From contig JADJFN010000001.1 of the NCBI GenBank assembly GCA_016708565.1, positions 476,863-540,862 on the forward strand: a stretch of DNA of 64,000 nt, written 5' to 3'. The stretch is from Myxococcales bacterium (lineage in GTDB: Bacteria > Myxococcota_A > Polyangia > Haliangiales > Haliangiaceae). Below are positions 9,677-22,068 of the stretch, piece by piece (position 1 is the stretch's first letter; each line of letters opens with the position of its first letter). A program made the translations under genes and the position numbers. Under the pieces are notes generated by a model that saw nothing but the letters and a program-made list of their open reading frames with translations, was not told the origin of the DNA and made no database searches.

Positions 9677-10795
9677 GTGCGGGTGGGGAACCGGGTGCCT
9701 CCCGATCGTCGGCCCGACGACGCGCCGCCGCCGACGGTGATCGACGGGCGGGGCGCGGTGTCGAACCCCGACGGCCGCTACGCCGCGTTCGCGCGGGCGA
9801 GCTTCGATGACGGCTGGGGCGAGCAGGGCGCCGACGACCCGCGGCCGGCGCCGGCGACGACGGTCACCGACGAGGCGATCCAGTCGATCATCGCGACCAA
9901 CGACTCGCCCGACGTGCCGTTCGATCAGTCGGTGAACCCGTACCGCGGCTGCGAGCACGGCTGCGTGTACTGCTTCGCGCGCCCGACCCACGCGTACCTC
10001 GGGTTGTCGCCCGGGCTCGACTTCGAGACCAAGCTGCGGGCCAAGCCCGAGGCGGCGGCGACCTTGCGCCGCGAGCTGGCGCGCGCGAGCTACGCGTGCG
10101 CGCCGATCAACCTGGGCGCCAACACCGATCCGTACCAGCCGATCGAGCGCGAGCGGCGCCTGACCCGCGCGGTGCTCGAGGTGCTGGCCGAGACCCACCA
10201 CCCGGTCACGATCATCACCAAGAGCGCGCTGGTGGTGCGCGATCTGGATCTGCTGGCGCCGATGGCGGCGCGCGGCCTGGCGCAGGTGAACGTGTCGCTG
10301 ACGACGCTGGCGCCGGCGCTGGCCGAGATCCTCGAGCCGCGCGCGGCGCGGCCGCACCGCCGGCTGGCGACGATCGAGCGGCTGGCGGCGGCCGGCGTGC
10401 CGGTCGGCGTGCTGACCTCGCCGATGATCCCGGCGATCAACGACGGCGAGCTGGAGGCGCTGATGACCGCGGCGCGCGGCGCCGGGGCCAGCTACGCGTC
10501 GTACGTCGTCCTGCGGCTGCCGCACGAGCTCAAGCAGATCTTCGACGACTGGCTGCGCGCGCACTTCCCCGATCGCGCCGCGCGGGTGCTGGCGCTGATG
10601 CGCGGCATGCGCGGGGGCCAGCTGTACGACAGCGACTTCGCGCAGCGCATGCGCGGGACCGGGCCGTACGCCGAGCTGCTGGCGCGGCGGTTCGCCGTGG
10701 CGCGGGATCGGCTGGGGTTCGAGCCGGAGGCGCGGGCGCTGGATCGGACGCAGTTCGTGCGGCCGGAGCGGGGAGGGCAGCTGCGGCTGTTCTGA
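9677..10795 (+). CDS. Radical SAM protein, PA0069/Rv2578c (SplB-like, putative DNA photolyase) family.
   Basis: CEHGCVYC CxxxCxxC cluster motif directly after NPYRGC, and family-typical length and architecture. Confidence 0.8.
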   Translation: MRVGNRVPPDRRPDDAPPPTVIDGRGAVSNPDGRYAAFARASFDDGWGEQGADDPRPAPATTVTDEAIQSIIATNDSPDVPFDQSVNPYRGCEHGCVYCFARPTHAYLGLSPGLDFETKLRAKPEAAATLRRELARASYACAPINLGANTDPYQPIERERRLTRAVLEVLAETHHPVTIITKSALVVRDLDLLAPMAARGLAQVNVSLTTLAPALAEILEPRAARPHRRLATIERLAAAGVPVGVLTSPMIPAINDGELEALMTAARGAGASYASYVVLRLPHELKQIFDDWLRAHFPDRAARVLALMRGMRGGQLYDSDFAQRMRGTGPYAELLARRFAVARDRLGFEPEARALDRTQFVRPERGGQLRLF

Positions 10796-10878
10796 GGCCG
10801 CGGCCGGGAGCCGAGCCGGAGCCGGATCCGGAGGCCGGGGGCCTCGACGCGACGGGGGCGGGTGACCATATAGGGAGC

Positions 10879-12150
10879 ATGACCGCGCTCGTCCGTCCCT
10901 CGCCGCCCTCGAGCGGCCAGCTCCTCGGCCGCGTGCTGGCGCAGCCGGCGCTGGTCGAGGCCGTCCAGCACCTGCCGGCCAGCGCGCTGGCCAAGCTGAT
11001 CGAGCACGTCGGGCTCGAGGACGCCGGCGAGCTGATCGCGCTGGCCACGACGGCGCAGCTCGCCGACGTGTTCGATCACGATCTGTGGCGCGGGCGGCCG
11101 GGGCAGGCCGAGGCGCTCGACCCGGCGCGGTTCGCGGTGTGGCTGGAGGTGATGGTCGAGGCCGGCGCCGGCTTCGCCGCGCGGCGGCTGGCCGAGCTGC
11201 CGGAGGATCTGCTGACCCACCTGATCCACCAGCGGGCGCTCGTGCTCGAGCTGGACCAGCTCGAGCGCGAGCTGGCCGAGCTGGGCGATGACGCCGACTA
11301 CGTCGAGAAGGCGTGCGACGATCGCCTGCACGTCGAGCTCGACGTCTACCGGCTGGTGGCGCGCGGCGCCGATGGCTGGGACGCGCTGGCGGCGGTGCTG
11401 GTCGCCCTCGACGAGGCGCACCACGACCTGCTGGCACGGGTGCTCGAGCGCTGCGCGTACCTGGCGCGGCGCGACGTCGTCGACGACGGCGGGCTGACCG
11501 CGGCGCTGTCGGCCGAGGCGTCGCTGGCCGACGACGTGGCCGGCGAGCGGGAGGACCGGCGGGCCGCCGACGGCTACGTCGAGCCGCGGGCGGCCGCGGG
11601 CTTCCTGCGCCTGGCCGCGAGCCAGGACGCCGACGCGGTCCGCGCCGCCGGCCGCGACCCGACGACCCGCTCGTACTTCCGCGAGCTGGCGCCGCGCCCG
11701 GTGCCGCGGCCGTCGGCGGCCGCCGACGCGCTGGTCGCGCTGCTGGTGGCCAACGGGGTGCTCGACGAGGGCGCGCGGGCGCTGCCGCTGCTGCCGGGCG
11801 GCGACGACGGTGGACCGGCGGCGACCCTGCGCGCGGCGCTGGCCGACCTCGACGACGCCGCGCTGCACCAGCGGCGGATCGCCGAGCTGGTGTACCTGGC
11901 CAACGTCCTGACCGCGGGCGCCGCGGTCGACGGCCGGACGTTCCGCCGCGGCGAGGCGGTCACGGCGGCGGTGACCGCGTGCGGCCTCGGGCTGGCGCAC
12001 CTGGTGGCCACCACCGGCGAGGACGCGGCGGCGATCGTCCGCCGCGACGGCGCCGACCTGCTGTTCCGGATCGGCTGGCACCAGCTGAGCGCGGGCGGCC
12101 GCGACCCGGTGCGCGCGCTGCTGGGCGGCGCGCCGCGCGATCGGCCTTGA
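10879..12150 (+). CDS. Hypothetical protein (424 aa), acidic and Ala/Leu-rich.
   Basis: Real start inferred at the ATG about 10879 (MTALVRPSPP). Upstream of it the track ORF is a frame overlapping the radical SAM gene. No motif recognised. Confidence 0.45.
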   Translation: MTALVRPSPPSSGQLLGRVLAQPALVEAVQHLPASALAKLIEHVGLEDAGELIALATTAQLADVFDHDLWRGRPGQAEALDPARFAVWLEVMVEAGAGFAARRLAELPEDLLTHLIHQRALVLELDQLERELAELGDDADYVEKACDDRLHVELDVYRLVARGADGWDALAAVLVALDEAHHDLLARVLERCAYLARRDVVDDGGLTAALSAEASLADDVAGEREDRRAADGYVEPRAAAGFLRLAASQDADAVRAAGRDPTTRSYFRELAPRPVPRPSAAADALVALLVANGVLDEGARALPLLPGGDDGGPAATLRAALADLDDAALHQRRIAELVYLANVLTAGAAVDGRTFRRGEAVTAAVTACGLGLAHLVATTGEDAAAIVRRDGADLLFRIGWHQLSAGGRDPVRALLGGAPRDRP

Positions 12151-12285
12151 CGATCGCCACGGCGCCTGGCATCGATCGAGTCGCGCGACGCCTGCGTCGC
12201 GCCCGCATGGAGCGCTGAGCCCGTCCCTCGCACGTCCTCGCCGTCGCAGCCGCGGCGGCCGTCCGATCTGCAACGCGGAGGCTCC

Positions 12286-13779
<1,494 letters not shown>

Positions 13780-13924
13780 CGCGTCCCCGGGCGCGCCGCC
13801 GTCCCGGCCCGCCTTCCGGACCGCCTGGCTTCCGGACCGAAACCCCGGACGGTCGGGAATGCCGGCCGCCGCGCGGCGGTTCGGCGGCTGTCGCACCCCG
13901 TCGCAGCACCGCGGGGGGGCCGGC

Positions 13925-13954
13925 TTGACATCAGGGCGACACCTCACCTAAAAG
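13925..13954 (+). promoter_or_regulatory. Candidate sigma70-type promoter for the ABC/GldG/DUF4340 operon.
   Basis: TTGACA, a 17-18 nt spacer, then CTAAAAG (TAAAAG -10-like), about 50 nt upstream of the 14004 ATG. An AT-rich hexamer like this stands out in roughly 73% GC DNA. Confidence 0.35.
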
Positions 13955-14003
13955 CGCAGCTCTTTCCACGATCTCCAACCGGGGATGGCCCCGGGGAGCC
14001 TCC

Positions 14004-14981
14004 ATGATCCAAGTCTCAAATCTCACCAAATATTACGGTGGGAAGCGTGCCCTCGGCCCGGTCTCGTTCGAGATCGACAAAGGCGAGACGGTGGGCTTCC
14101 TGGGCCTCAACGGCGCCGGCAAGACGACGGCGCTCCGCATCCTGGCCTGCGATCTCCGCCCGACGGCGGGCGCGGTGTCGGTCGGCGGCATCGACGCGCT
14201 GGCCAACCCGCACGAGGTCCGCCGGCGCATCGGCTTCCTGCCCGAGACGCCGCCGCTCTACCCGGAGATGACCGTCCAGGCGTTCCTCGGCTTCGTCTGC
14301 GACCTGCGCGAGGTCGCCTCGAGCGACAAGAAGGCCAAGATCGGCGACGCCCTCGCGCTGACCGATCTCACGCTCGTCGCCGGCGAGCCGATCGGGACCT
14401 TGTCCCACGGCTACCGCCAGCGCGTCGGCGTGGCCCAGGCCATCGTCCACCGCCCGCAGCTGGTCATCCTCGACGAGCCGACCCGCGGCCTCGACCCGCG
14501 GCAGATCGTCGAGATGCGCAAGCTGATCCACGAGCTCAAGGACAAGCACACCGTGCTGCTGTCCTCGCACCAGCTGGCCGAGGTCAGCCAGACCTGCGAC
14601 CGCCTGCTGGTGCTGGGCCGCGGCCAGGTCGTCGGCGCCGGCACCGAGGCCGAGCTGGGCGCGCTGCAGGAGCCGATGTTCTCGGTCGAGCTCACGGTCC
14701 GCGTCCCCGACGGCAAGGACGGCGGCGCCGCCGCGGTGCTCGCCGCGCTGGGCGGCATCGACGGCCTGCTCGGCAAGAGCGTGCCTACCGAGCGCGGCGA
14801 CGGCTGGGAGCTGCTCATCTCGAGCAAGCGCGACGTCCGCGCCGAGGTCAGCCGCGCGGTGATCGGCGCCGGCCTCGACCTGCTCCGCCTCGACGCCCGC
14901 GCGGTCGACCTCGAGAACACCTTCCTCCGCCTGGTCGCCGCCGCCCCGGCCGCGGCCCCGGCGCCGGCCCCCAAGGAGTGA
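14004..14981 (+). CDS. ABC transporter ATP-binding protein (GldA-like, ABC-2 type).
   Basis: GLNGAGKTT Walker A, LSHGYRQRV signature, LVILDEPTRGLD Walker B. Confidence 0.85.
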   Translation: MIQVSNLTKYYGGKRALGPVSFEIDKGETVGFLGLNGAGKTTALRILACDLRPTAGAVSVGGIDALANPHEVRRRIGFLPETPPLYPEMTVQAFLGFVCDLREVASSDKKAKIGDALALTDLTLVAGEPIGTLSHGYRQRVGVAQAIVHRPQLVILDEPTRGLDPRQIVEMRKLIHELKDKHTVLLSSHQLAEVSQTCDRLLVLGRGQVVGAGTEAELGALQEPMFSVELTVRVPDGKDGGAAAVLAALGGIDGLLGKSVPTERGDGWELLISSKRDVRAEVSRAVIGAGLDLLRLDARAVDLENTFLRLVAAAPAAAPAPAPKE

Positions 14982-14983
14982 CG

Positions 14984-15706
14984 ATGCGGGCGATATACAT
15001 GATCTTCCGCCGCGAGTTCGCGGCCTACCTCCGCTCGATCATGGGCTGGATCGTCGTCGGCGTGGCGCTCCTCGCCATGGGCATCACGTTCCAGGCCTTC
15101 GGCTACAAGAGCGCGCTGGCCAGCGAGATGCTCCAGCAGTTCTTCTGGTCGAGCTCGGGCGTCGTCATGATCATCTCGGTGATCCTGTCGTTCCGGGTCA
15201 TCGCCGAGGAGCGCCAGTCCGGCTCGCTGATGCTGCTGTCGACCTCGCCGGTGCGTGAGCACGCGATCGTGATCGGCAAGTTCCTCGCGACGCTGGCCTT
15301 CCTGACGCTGATCCTGGTGCTGTCGGCGTACATCCCGCTGCTCATCAAGGGCCAGGGCAAGATCACCGGCACCCAGATCTTCGTCGGCTACCTCGGCCTG
15401 TGGCTGCTCGGCGGCGCCTGCCTCGCGGTCGGCGTGTTCGCGTCGAGCCTGACCCGCGAGATGGTCATCGCCGCGGTGGTCGCGGCGATCATCGTCGGCG
15501 GCATGGTCCTGCTCTACAAGCTGTCCTTGGTGCTCGACCCGCCGCTGCGCGCGGTGTTCGCCGAGCTGGACCTGTGGTGGATCCACTTCCAGAACGGCTT
15601 CATGCGCGGGATCTTCAACCTCAAGGACCTCGTCTACTACCTGGCGATGATCTACTTCTTCCTGCTGCTCGCGGTGAAGACGCTGGAGGCGAAGCGATGG
15701 CAATGA
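14984..15706 (+). CDS. ABC-2 type transporter permease (GldF-like).
   Basis: 240-aa polytopic membrane protein (MRAIYMIFRREFAAYLRS...). It starts 3 nt after the ATPase stop, and its stop overlaps the next start (ATGGCAATGA). Confidence 0.8.
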   Translation: MRAIYMIFRREFAAYLRSIMGWIVVGVALLAMGITFQAFGYKSALASEMLQQFFWSSSGVVMIISVILSFRVIAEERQSGSLMLLSTSPVREHAIVIGKFLATLAFLTLILVLSAYIPLLIKGQGKITGTQIFVGYLGLWLLGGACLAVGVFASSLTREMVIAAVVAAIIVGGMVLLYKLSLVLDPPLRAVFAELDLWWIHFQNGFMRGIFNLKDLVYYLAMIYFFLLLAVKTLEAKRWQ

Positions 15707-17694
15707 ACACTCCCGCGAAGCTGTGGGTCCGGGTGTCGCTGCTGGTCTCGGTGGCGCTCCTGGTCACCGCCCGCCGCACCCTCGACGCCGTGCCCGGCCT
15801 GGCCAAGGCGCTGACCGTGATCGCCGTGCTGGCCTTCCTGGGCGGCCTCGGCGCCCAGGTCTGGCGCTGGCTCAAGGCCACCAACAAGCGCAAGCAGGCC
15901 GAGACCACGCTCCTGGCCTGCTTCCTCGGCCTGCTCGCCGCCGGCGTCATGTACTACCTGACGACCAAGGGCGGGCTGGCGCTGATCGGCCGCGCCGACG
16001 CCACCCCCAAGAGCGCCGCCAAGTTCGACACGGTCATGACGATCGGCTGGCTGATCGTCGGGCTGTGCGCGCTCTTGCCGACGATCTTCATGGAGGCCAC
16101 CGTCGGCGAGTGGACCGCCGACGACCCCGACGACGTCGTCGAGTTCCAGCGCACCCGCGAGATGGGCGTGTCGGGCCTGACGATCGCGCTGGCCGCGGCG
16201 TTCCTGATGGTGACGTGCAACGTCGCCAAGCAGAAGAACGTGCGCAAGGACGTCTCCTACTTCAAGACCTCGTCGCCGGGCGACTCGACCCGCAAGATCG
16301 TCGAGAGCATGAAGGCGCCGATCAAGGTGCTGATGTTCTTCCCCGAGGTCAACGAGGTCGGCGAGGAGGTCCGCGGCTACTTCCAGGAGCTGGGCCGCCA
16401 GACCGGCAAGGTCACCGTCGAGCGCTACGACCGCCTGGTCTCGGCGCAGCTGGCCCAGAAGTACCAGGTCCAGCGCGACGGCACCGTCGTGCTGGTCCGC
16501 GCCGGCGACGACGCCACCGCCACCGGCGCCGCCGCCGAGAAGAGCGGCAAGTTCGAGATCGACACCGACTTCGACAAGGCCCGCCGCCAGACCGGCAAGC
16601 TGCGCATCCTCGATCAGACGGTGAACACCGAGCTGCTCAAGCTGGTGCGCGAGAAGCGGAAGGCCTACCTCACCGTCGGCCACGGCGAGATCAACGACCC
16701 CGACTCGCTGCCGGCGCAGGTGCGCGCGCGCTTCCCCGACGCCAAGGCGATGGTGATCAAGGCCATCCTCGGCCAGCTCAACTACGAGGTGAAGACGCTG
16801 CCGACGATGGACCTCAACCGCGAGGTCCCCGCCGACGCCACGCTGGTGATGGCGCTCGGCCCCAAGCTGCCGTTCGAGCCGGGTGAGCTCACCACCCTGG
16901 CCGGCTACCTCGAGCGCGGCGGCCGCGTGCTGATCGCCGTCGACCCCCAGGGCGACTTCGAGCTGGGCCCGCTCGCGGGCTACTTCGGCGTCAGCGTCGA
17001 CCGCCACCTCATCCACGACGACAAGAACTACACGCCGGAGCGCGGCCAGCCGACCGACAAGATGCTGGCGCTGACCAACGGCTTCTCGTCGCACCCGGCC
17101 ACCACCTCGCTGTCGCGCGGCGCCGCCAACCAGGCGATCCTGCTGCAGACCTCGGGCGCGCTGATCGAGCAGGACTTCAGCGGGCCGGCCGCGGCCGCCG
17201 CCGAGAAGCCCAAGCGCACGATCATCATCCGCTCGATGAGCGACGCCTGGCTCGACCTCGATGGCAACCACGCCTTCGACGCGCCGGCCGAGAAGCGCGA
17301 CCGCTACTCGATCGGCGCCGCGATCGAGGGCCCGAAGGCCAAGCAGCCCGACGGCACCGACGGCGAGCCGTGGCGGGCGTTGGTGTTCGCCGACAACGAC
17401 CTGTTCGCCGACCGCATGTTCCGCACGCTCACCGGCCAGCAGGGCCTCGACACCAACAGCCGGACCTTGCCCGACGACAGCATCCGCTGGCTCGGCGGCG
17501 AGGAGGCGTTCGCCGGCATCGTCAACACCGAGAAGGAGAACGAGGTCCGCCAGACCAAGCGCCAGCAGGCGCTGTGGTTCGTGGCCACGACGCTGTTCGT
17601 CCCGGTGCTGGTGGTCGGCCTGGGCCTGGCCTACGCGCTGTCGTATCGCCGCCGCCGGCCGCTGGCGGTCGCCAAGATGGAGAAGACGTCATGA
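15697..17694 (+). CDS. GldG-family ABC-transporter-associated protein.
   Basis: Internal start MAMNTPAKLW overlaps the permease stop. It has N- and C-terminal TM helices with a large extracytoplasmic domain, the GldG architecture, and sits after GldA/GldF-like genes. Confidence 0.75.
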   Translation: MAMNTPAKLWVRVSLLVSVALLVTARRTLDAVPGLAKALTVIAVLAFLGGLGAQVWRWLKATNKRKQAETTLLACFLGLLAAGVMYYLTTKGGLALIGRADATPKSAAKFDTVMTIGWLIVGLCALLPTIFMEATVGEWTADDPDDVVEFQRTREMGVSGLTIALAAAFLMVTCNVAKQKNVRKDVSYFKTSSPGDSTRKIVESMKAPIKVLMFFPEVNEVGEEVRGYFQELGRQTGKVTVERYDRLVSAQLAQKYQVQRDGTVVLVRAGDDATATGAAAEKSGKFEIDTDFDKARRQTGKLRILDQTVNTELLKLVREKRKAYLTVGHGEINDPDSLPAQVRARFPDAKAMVIKAILGQLNYEVKTLPTMDLNREVPADATLVMALGPKLPFEPGELTTLAGYLERGGRVLIAVDPQGDFELGPLAGYFGVSVDRHLIHDDKNYTPERGQPTDKMLALTNGFSSHPATTSLSRGAANQAILLQTSGALIEQDFSGPAAAAAEKPKRTIIIRSMSDAWLDLDGNHAFDAPAEKRDRYSIGAAIEGPKAKQPDGTDGEPWRALVFADNDLFADRMFRTLTGQQGLDTNSRTLPDDSIRWLGGEEAFAGIVNTEKENEVRQTKRQQALWFVATTLFVPVLVVGLGLAYALSYRRRRPLAVAKMEKTS

Positions 17695-18932
17695 AGGGAG
17701 TCATCGTCCACGGCGCCCTGCTGGGCGTGATGCTGGTCTACGGCTACCGGACCTGGACCAAGGAAGAGGCCACCAAGCCGGTCGGCGGCGAGGTGGTGAT
17801 GTGGACCCGCGGCGAGGCCGATCTCTCCAAGATCGAGTTCCAGACCGAGAACCGGCTGGTGCGCATCGAGCGTCGGGGCACCGGCGCCGCCGCGTACTGG
17901 TGGGGCAGCGAGTCCAAGACGATCAAGAAGCCCAAGCCGATCGATCCGCGGCCGCCGGCTGATCCCGCCGCGCCGCCGCCGCCGCCGCCGGCGCCGGAGT
18001 TCGTCGACGAGACCACGACCACCGAGTTCCCGATCGGCCCCGAGGGCGAGAAGCTGGTGAAGCAGTTCGCCCGGATGCGCGCGATCAAGTCGGTGGGCGT
18101 CCCGAAGGACGACAGCAAGAAGGACTACGGCCTCGCCGACGCGCAGACGTCGATCGCGGTGGTGTTCGCCGACGGCGCCAAGACGCTGGTGGTCGGCGGC
18201 CGGGTGTTCGGCGGCGGCGATCGCTACCTGCAGGACCTCGACACCAACAAGGCCTTCGTCGTGCTCGGCAGCCTGGTCGCCACCCTCGAGGGCGGCGAGC
18301 CCAGCCTGCGCCCGACCGACCTGCGCTCGTTCGACCCGAAGGCCGCGACCGCGGTCGAGGTGGCGGCCAAGGACAAGAGCAAGCGGGTGCAGAAGATCAA
18401 GGTCAAGGCGCCGGCGCCCGACGCCGACGATCCGCACGCGCCGCCGCCCAACGCCGACGAGCTGATCGAGACCTGGGGCCAGGGCGCGACCGCCGACACC
18501 GTCGTCGCCAACTTCCTCGACAAGCTCGAGAAGCTGCGCCCGACCAGCTACGACGCGAAGCTCGACGTCGCGTCGCTCGAGCTGGTGGTGGCCGCGACGT
18601 ACAAGGACGGCAAGGGCGCGCAGCTCGGCACGATCAAGCTGTACCGCCGCACCACGCCGGCCCCGGCCGACGCGACGCCGCCGACCCCGCCGGCCGACCC
18701 GACCAAGCCGGCGACGCCGGCCGCGCCGGCCGACCCGACCAAGCCGGCGACGCCGGATCAGCCGCCGGCCGACCCGACCGCGCCGGCGACGCCGGATCAG
18801 CCGCCGGCCGCCAAGCCGGCCGACAAGGTCGAGTACTTCCTGTGGACCGAGCGCACCCGCGTGCCCGGCCTGCTGACCACGATGGCCGCCGAGCGCGTCG
18901 AGCAAGACGTGCCCACGCTGTTCGGTCAGTAG
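17691..18932 (+). CDS. DUF4340-like protein with Pro/Thr-rich tandem repeats.
   Basis: Start MKGVIVHGALLGV overlaps the GldG stop (ATGA). This is the typical fourth gene of GldAFG-type operons. The C-terminal region carries ADPTKPATP-type repeats. Confidence 0.65.
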   Translation: MKGVIVHGALLGVMLVYGYRTWTKEEATKPVGGEVVMWTRGEADLSKIEFQTENRLVRIERRGTGAAAYWWGSESKTIKKPKPIDPRPPADPAAPPPPPPAPEFVDETTTTEFPIGPEGEKLVKQFARMRAIKSVGVPKDDSKKDYGLADAQTSIAVVFADGAKTLVVGGRVFGGGDRYLQDLDTNKAFVVLGSLVATLEGGEPSLRPTDLRSFDPKAATAVEVAAKDKSKRVQKIKVKAPAPDADDPHAPPPNADELIETWGQGATADTVVANFLDKLEKLRPTSYDAKLDVASLELVVAATYKDGKGAQLGTIKLYRRTTPAPADATPPTPPADPTKPATPAAPADPTKPATPDQPPADPTAPATPDQPPAAKPADKVEYFLWTERTRVPGLLTTMAAERVEQDVPTLFGQ

Positions 18933-18963
18933 CACCGCCGCGCGCCGTGTCCAGGCCGCACCC

Positions 18964-18997
18964 ACGAGCCGCCGCCGGGCGGCTCGTCGCATTTTTC
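18964..18997 (+). terminator. Rho-independent terminator after the ABC operon.
   Basis: Hairpin ACGAGCCGCC-gccgg-GCGGCTCGT followed by CGCATTTTTCGG, about 30 nt after the 18932 stop. Confidence 0.5.
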
Positions 18998-19077
18998 GGC
19001 GCCGCGCGCCGCGTCCCTGACGATGGAATACGGGCAACCGTCTTGGCGGTCTGACGGATCGAACTCACGGAGACCCC

Positions 19078-20364
<1,287 letters not shown>

Positions 20365-20410
20365 GCGCGTCGCGGCCCGGCTGTCAGACGCGTCGGTCAC
20401 GATCGCCGGC

Positions 20411-20941
20411 GTGCCTCGCCAGCTGCTGATCGCCGCGCTCGCCGCGCTGCTCGCGCTGGTCGCGGTGCGCGCGCTGGCCGCCCGCGGGCGGTCGCGGCGG
20501 GCCCGGCGGGTCGGGCGGATCGCCGCCGACGGTGAGCTCGCCGGCGCTGCGCTGCTGGCCGCGGCCGGTTTCGCGATCGTCGACCGTCAGGCGCGCCACG
20601 TGCTGCCGGTCGACGTCGACGGCGAGCGCTACGACGCCGGGCTGCGCTGCGACTACCTGGCCGAGCGCGCCGGCGAGCGCTGGGTGGCCGAGGTCAAGAC
20701 CGGCAAGGACGCGCCCAGCCTGGCCAACCCGGCGACCCGGCGCCAGCTGCTCGAGTACCAGGTCGCGTACGGCGCGGTCGGCGTCGCGCTGGTCGACGCG
20801 ACCGCCGGCGTCGTCCACGAGGTGCGCTTCGACCTCGCCCCGTCGCCCGCCGCGGCGGCGCCGCCCCCACCGCGCTGGCCGCTGTTCGCGCTCGGCGTCG
20901 CGGTCGGCCTGGGCGCGGCGGCGGCGCTCGCGCTCGTGTAG
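20411..20941 (+). CDS. Hypothetical protein (GTG start).
   Basis: ORF with an N-terminal hydrophobic segment and no recognisable motif. Retained because it fills an otherwise empty intergenic interval. Confidence 0.3.
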   Translation: MPRQLLIAALAALLALVAVRALAARGRSRRARRVGRIAADGELAGAALLAAAGFAIVDRQARHVLPVDVDGERYDAGLRCDYLAERAGERWVAEVKTGKDAPSLANPATRRQLLEYQVAYGAVGVALVDATAGVVHEVRFDLAPSPAAAAPPPPRWPLFALGVAVGLGAAAALALV

Positions 20942-20952
20942 GATCGTCCGCG

Positions 20953-21285
20953 ATGATCCGCCTCGCGCTGGCCGCGCTCCTGCTCCTCACCGTCGCCTGC
21001 GGCGACGATCCGCCCAACGTCGGCGCCACCTGCACCGCCACCAGCGGCTGCGACGAGGGGCTGACCTGCAACACCGCCGCGGCCGGCGGCTACTGCACCC
21101 AGGCGTGCACGATGCCGGGCGAGACCACCGAGTGCCCCGAGGGCTCGCTGTGCGACGGCGTCATCGGCGCCGCCACCGAGTGCGTCAAGATCTGCGAGAA
21201 GGCCAGCGACTGCCGCGCCGATCAGGACTGCAACGGCACCACCGGCGGCAGCACCAAGGCGTGCAAGCCGAAGGCGGCGCAGTAG
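20953..21285 (+). CDS. Small Cys-rich secreted lipoprotein.
   Basis: MIRLALAALLLLTVAC lipobox, with 14 Cys in 110 aa (CTATSGC, CTQAC, CPEGSLC, CVKIC, CRADQDC). Confidence 0.6.
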   Translation: MIRLALAALLLLTVACGDDPPNVGATCTATSGCDEGLTCNTAAAGGYCTQACTMPGETTECPEGSLCDGVIGAATECVKICEKASDCRADQDCNGTTGGSTKACKPKAAQ

Positions 21286-21288
21286 GCG

Positions 21289-21882
21289 CTACTTCAGGTT
21301 GGCGTTCGCGAAGTCCCAGTTCACCAGCTTCCAGTACTCCTCGATGTACTTGGGGCGGGCGTTCCGGTAGTCGATGTAGTAGGCGTGCTCCCAGACGTCG
21401 ATCGTCAGGATGCACGACTTGCCGACCGCGAACGGGGTGTCGGCGTTGGCGCTCTGCTCGATCGCCAGGCCGCCGTCGGCGTTCTGCACCAGCCACGCCC
21501 AGCCCGAGCCGAACTGGGTGGCGGCGGCCTTGCTGAACTTCTCCTTGAAGTCGGCGAAGCTGCCGAAGCTCTTGTCGATCGCGGCGGCGATCGCGCCGGT
21601 GGGCGCGCCGCCGGCGCTGGGCGCCAGCGAGTGCCAGTAGAAGGTGTGGTTCCACACCTGCGCGGCGTTGTTGAAGAACGGCTTCTCCGAGGCCTGGCCG
21701 TGGGACGCCTTGACGACCTCCTCCAGCGACATCGCCTCGTACTTGGTGCCGGGGGCGAGGTTGTTCAGGTTGGTGACGTAGGCCTGGTGGTGCTTGCCGT
21801 AGTGGTAGTCGATGGTCTCGGCCGACACGATCGGCGCGAGGGCGTCCTTGCCGTAGGGCAGGGGGGGAAGCGTGAATGCCAT
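21289..21882 (-). CDS. Fe/Mn-family superoxide dismutase.
   Basis: 197-aa product MAFTLPPLPYGKDALAPIVSAETIDYHYGKHHQAYV ... DVWEHAYYIDY, with the canonical Fe/Mn SOD metal ligands. It is the C-terminal part of the 523-aa track ORF, and the ATG matches the sequence. Confidence 0.9.
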   Translation of the reverse strand: MAFTLPPLPYGKDALAPIVSAETIDYHYGKHHQAYVTNLNNLAPGTKYEAMSLEEVVKASHGQASEKPFFNNAAQVWNHTFYWHSLAPSAGGAPTGAIAAAIDKSFGSFADFKEKFSKAAATQFGSGWAWLVQNADGGLAIEQSANADTPFAVGKSCILTIDVWEHAYYIDYRNARPKYIEEYWKLVNWDFANANLK

Positions 21883-22068
21883 GGGATCCTCCTGGGTGGG
21901 CCGGGGTTCCGGCGGTGGACGCACCGTACCAGGGTGGGGCGCGCGCGTCGGCCAACCGATGGCCAACCTATGGAACTTCTGCCAATGGATTGGCAGACGC
22001 GCGCCGGCCCGCGGGCCCGCACGATCGGCGCCGGCGGCGGCTGCGGCCACCGCACGGTCGGCGCTACG

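Noticed and set aside
19050-19077. tRNA T-loop-like GTTCGATCC on the minus strand near 19057.
   Set aside because: The flanking sequence does not form T-stem, acceptor stem or anticodon arm pairings. More likely part of the htrA leader.
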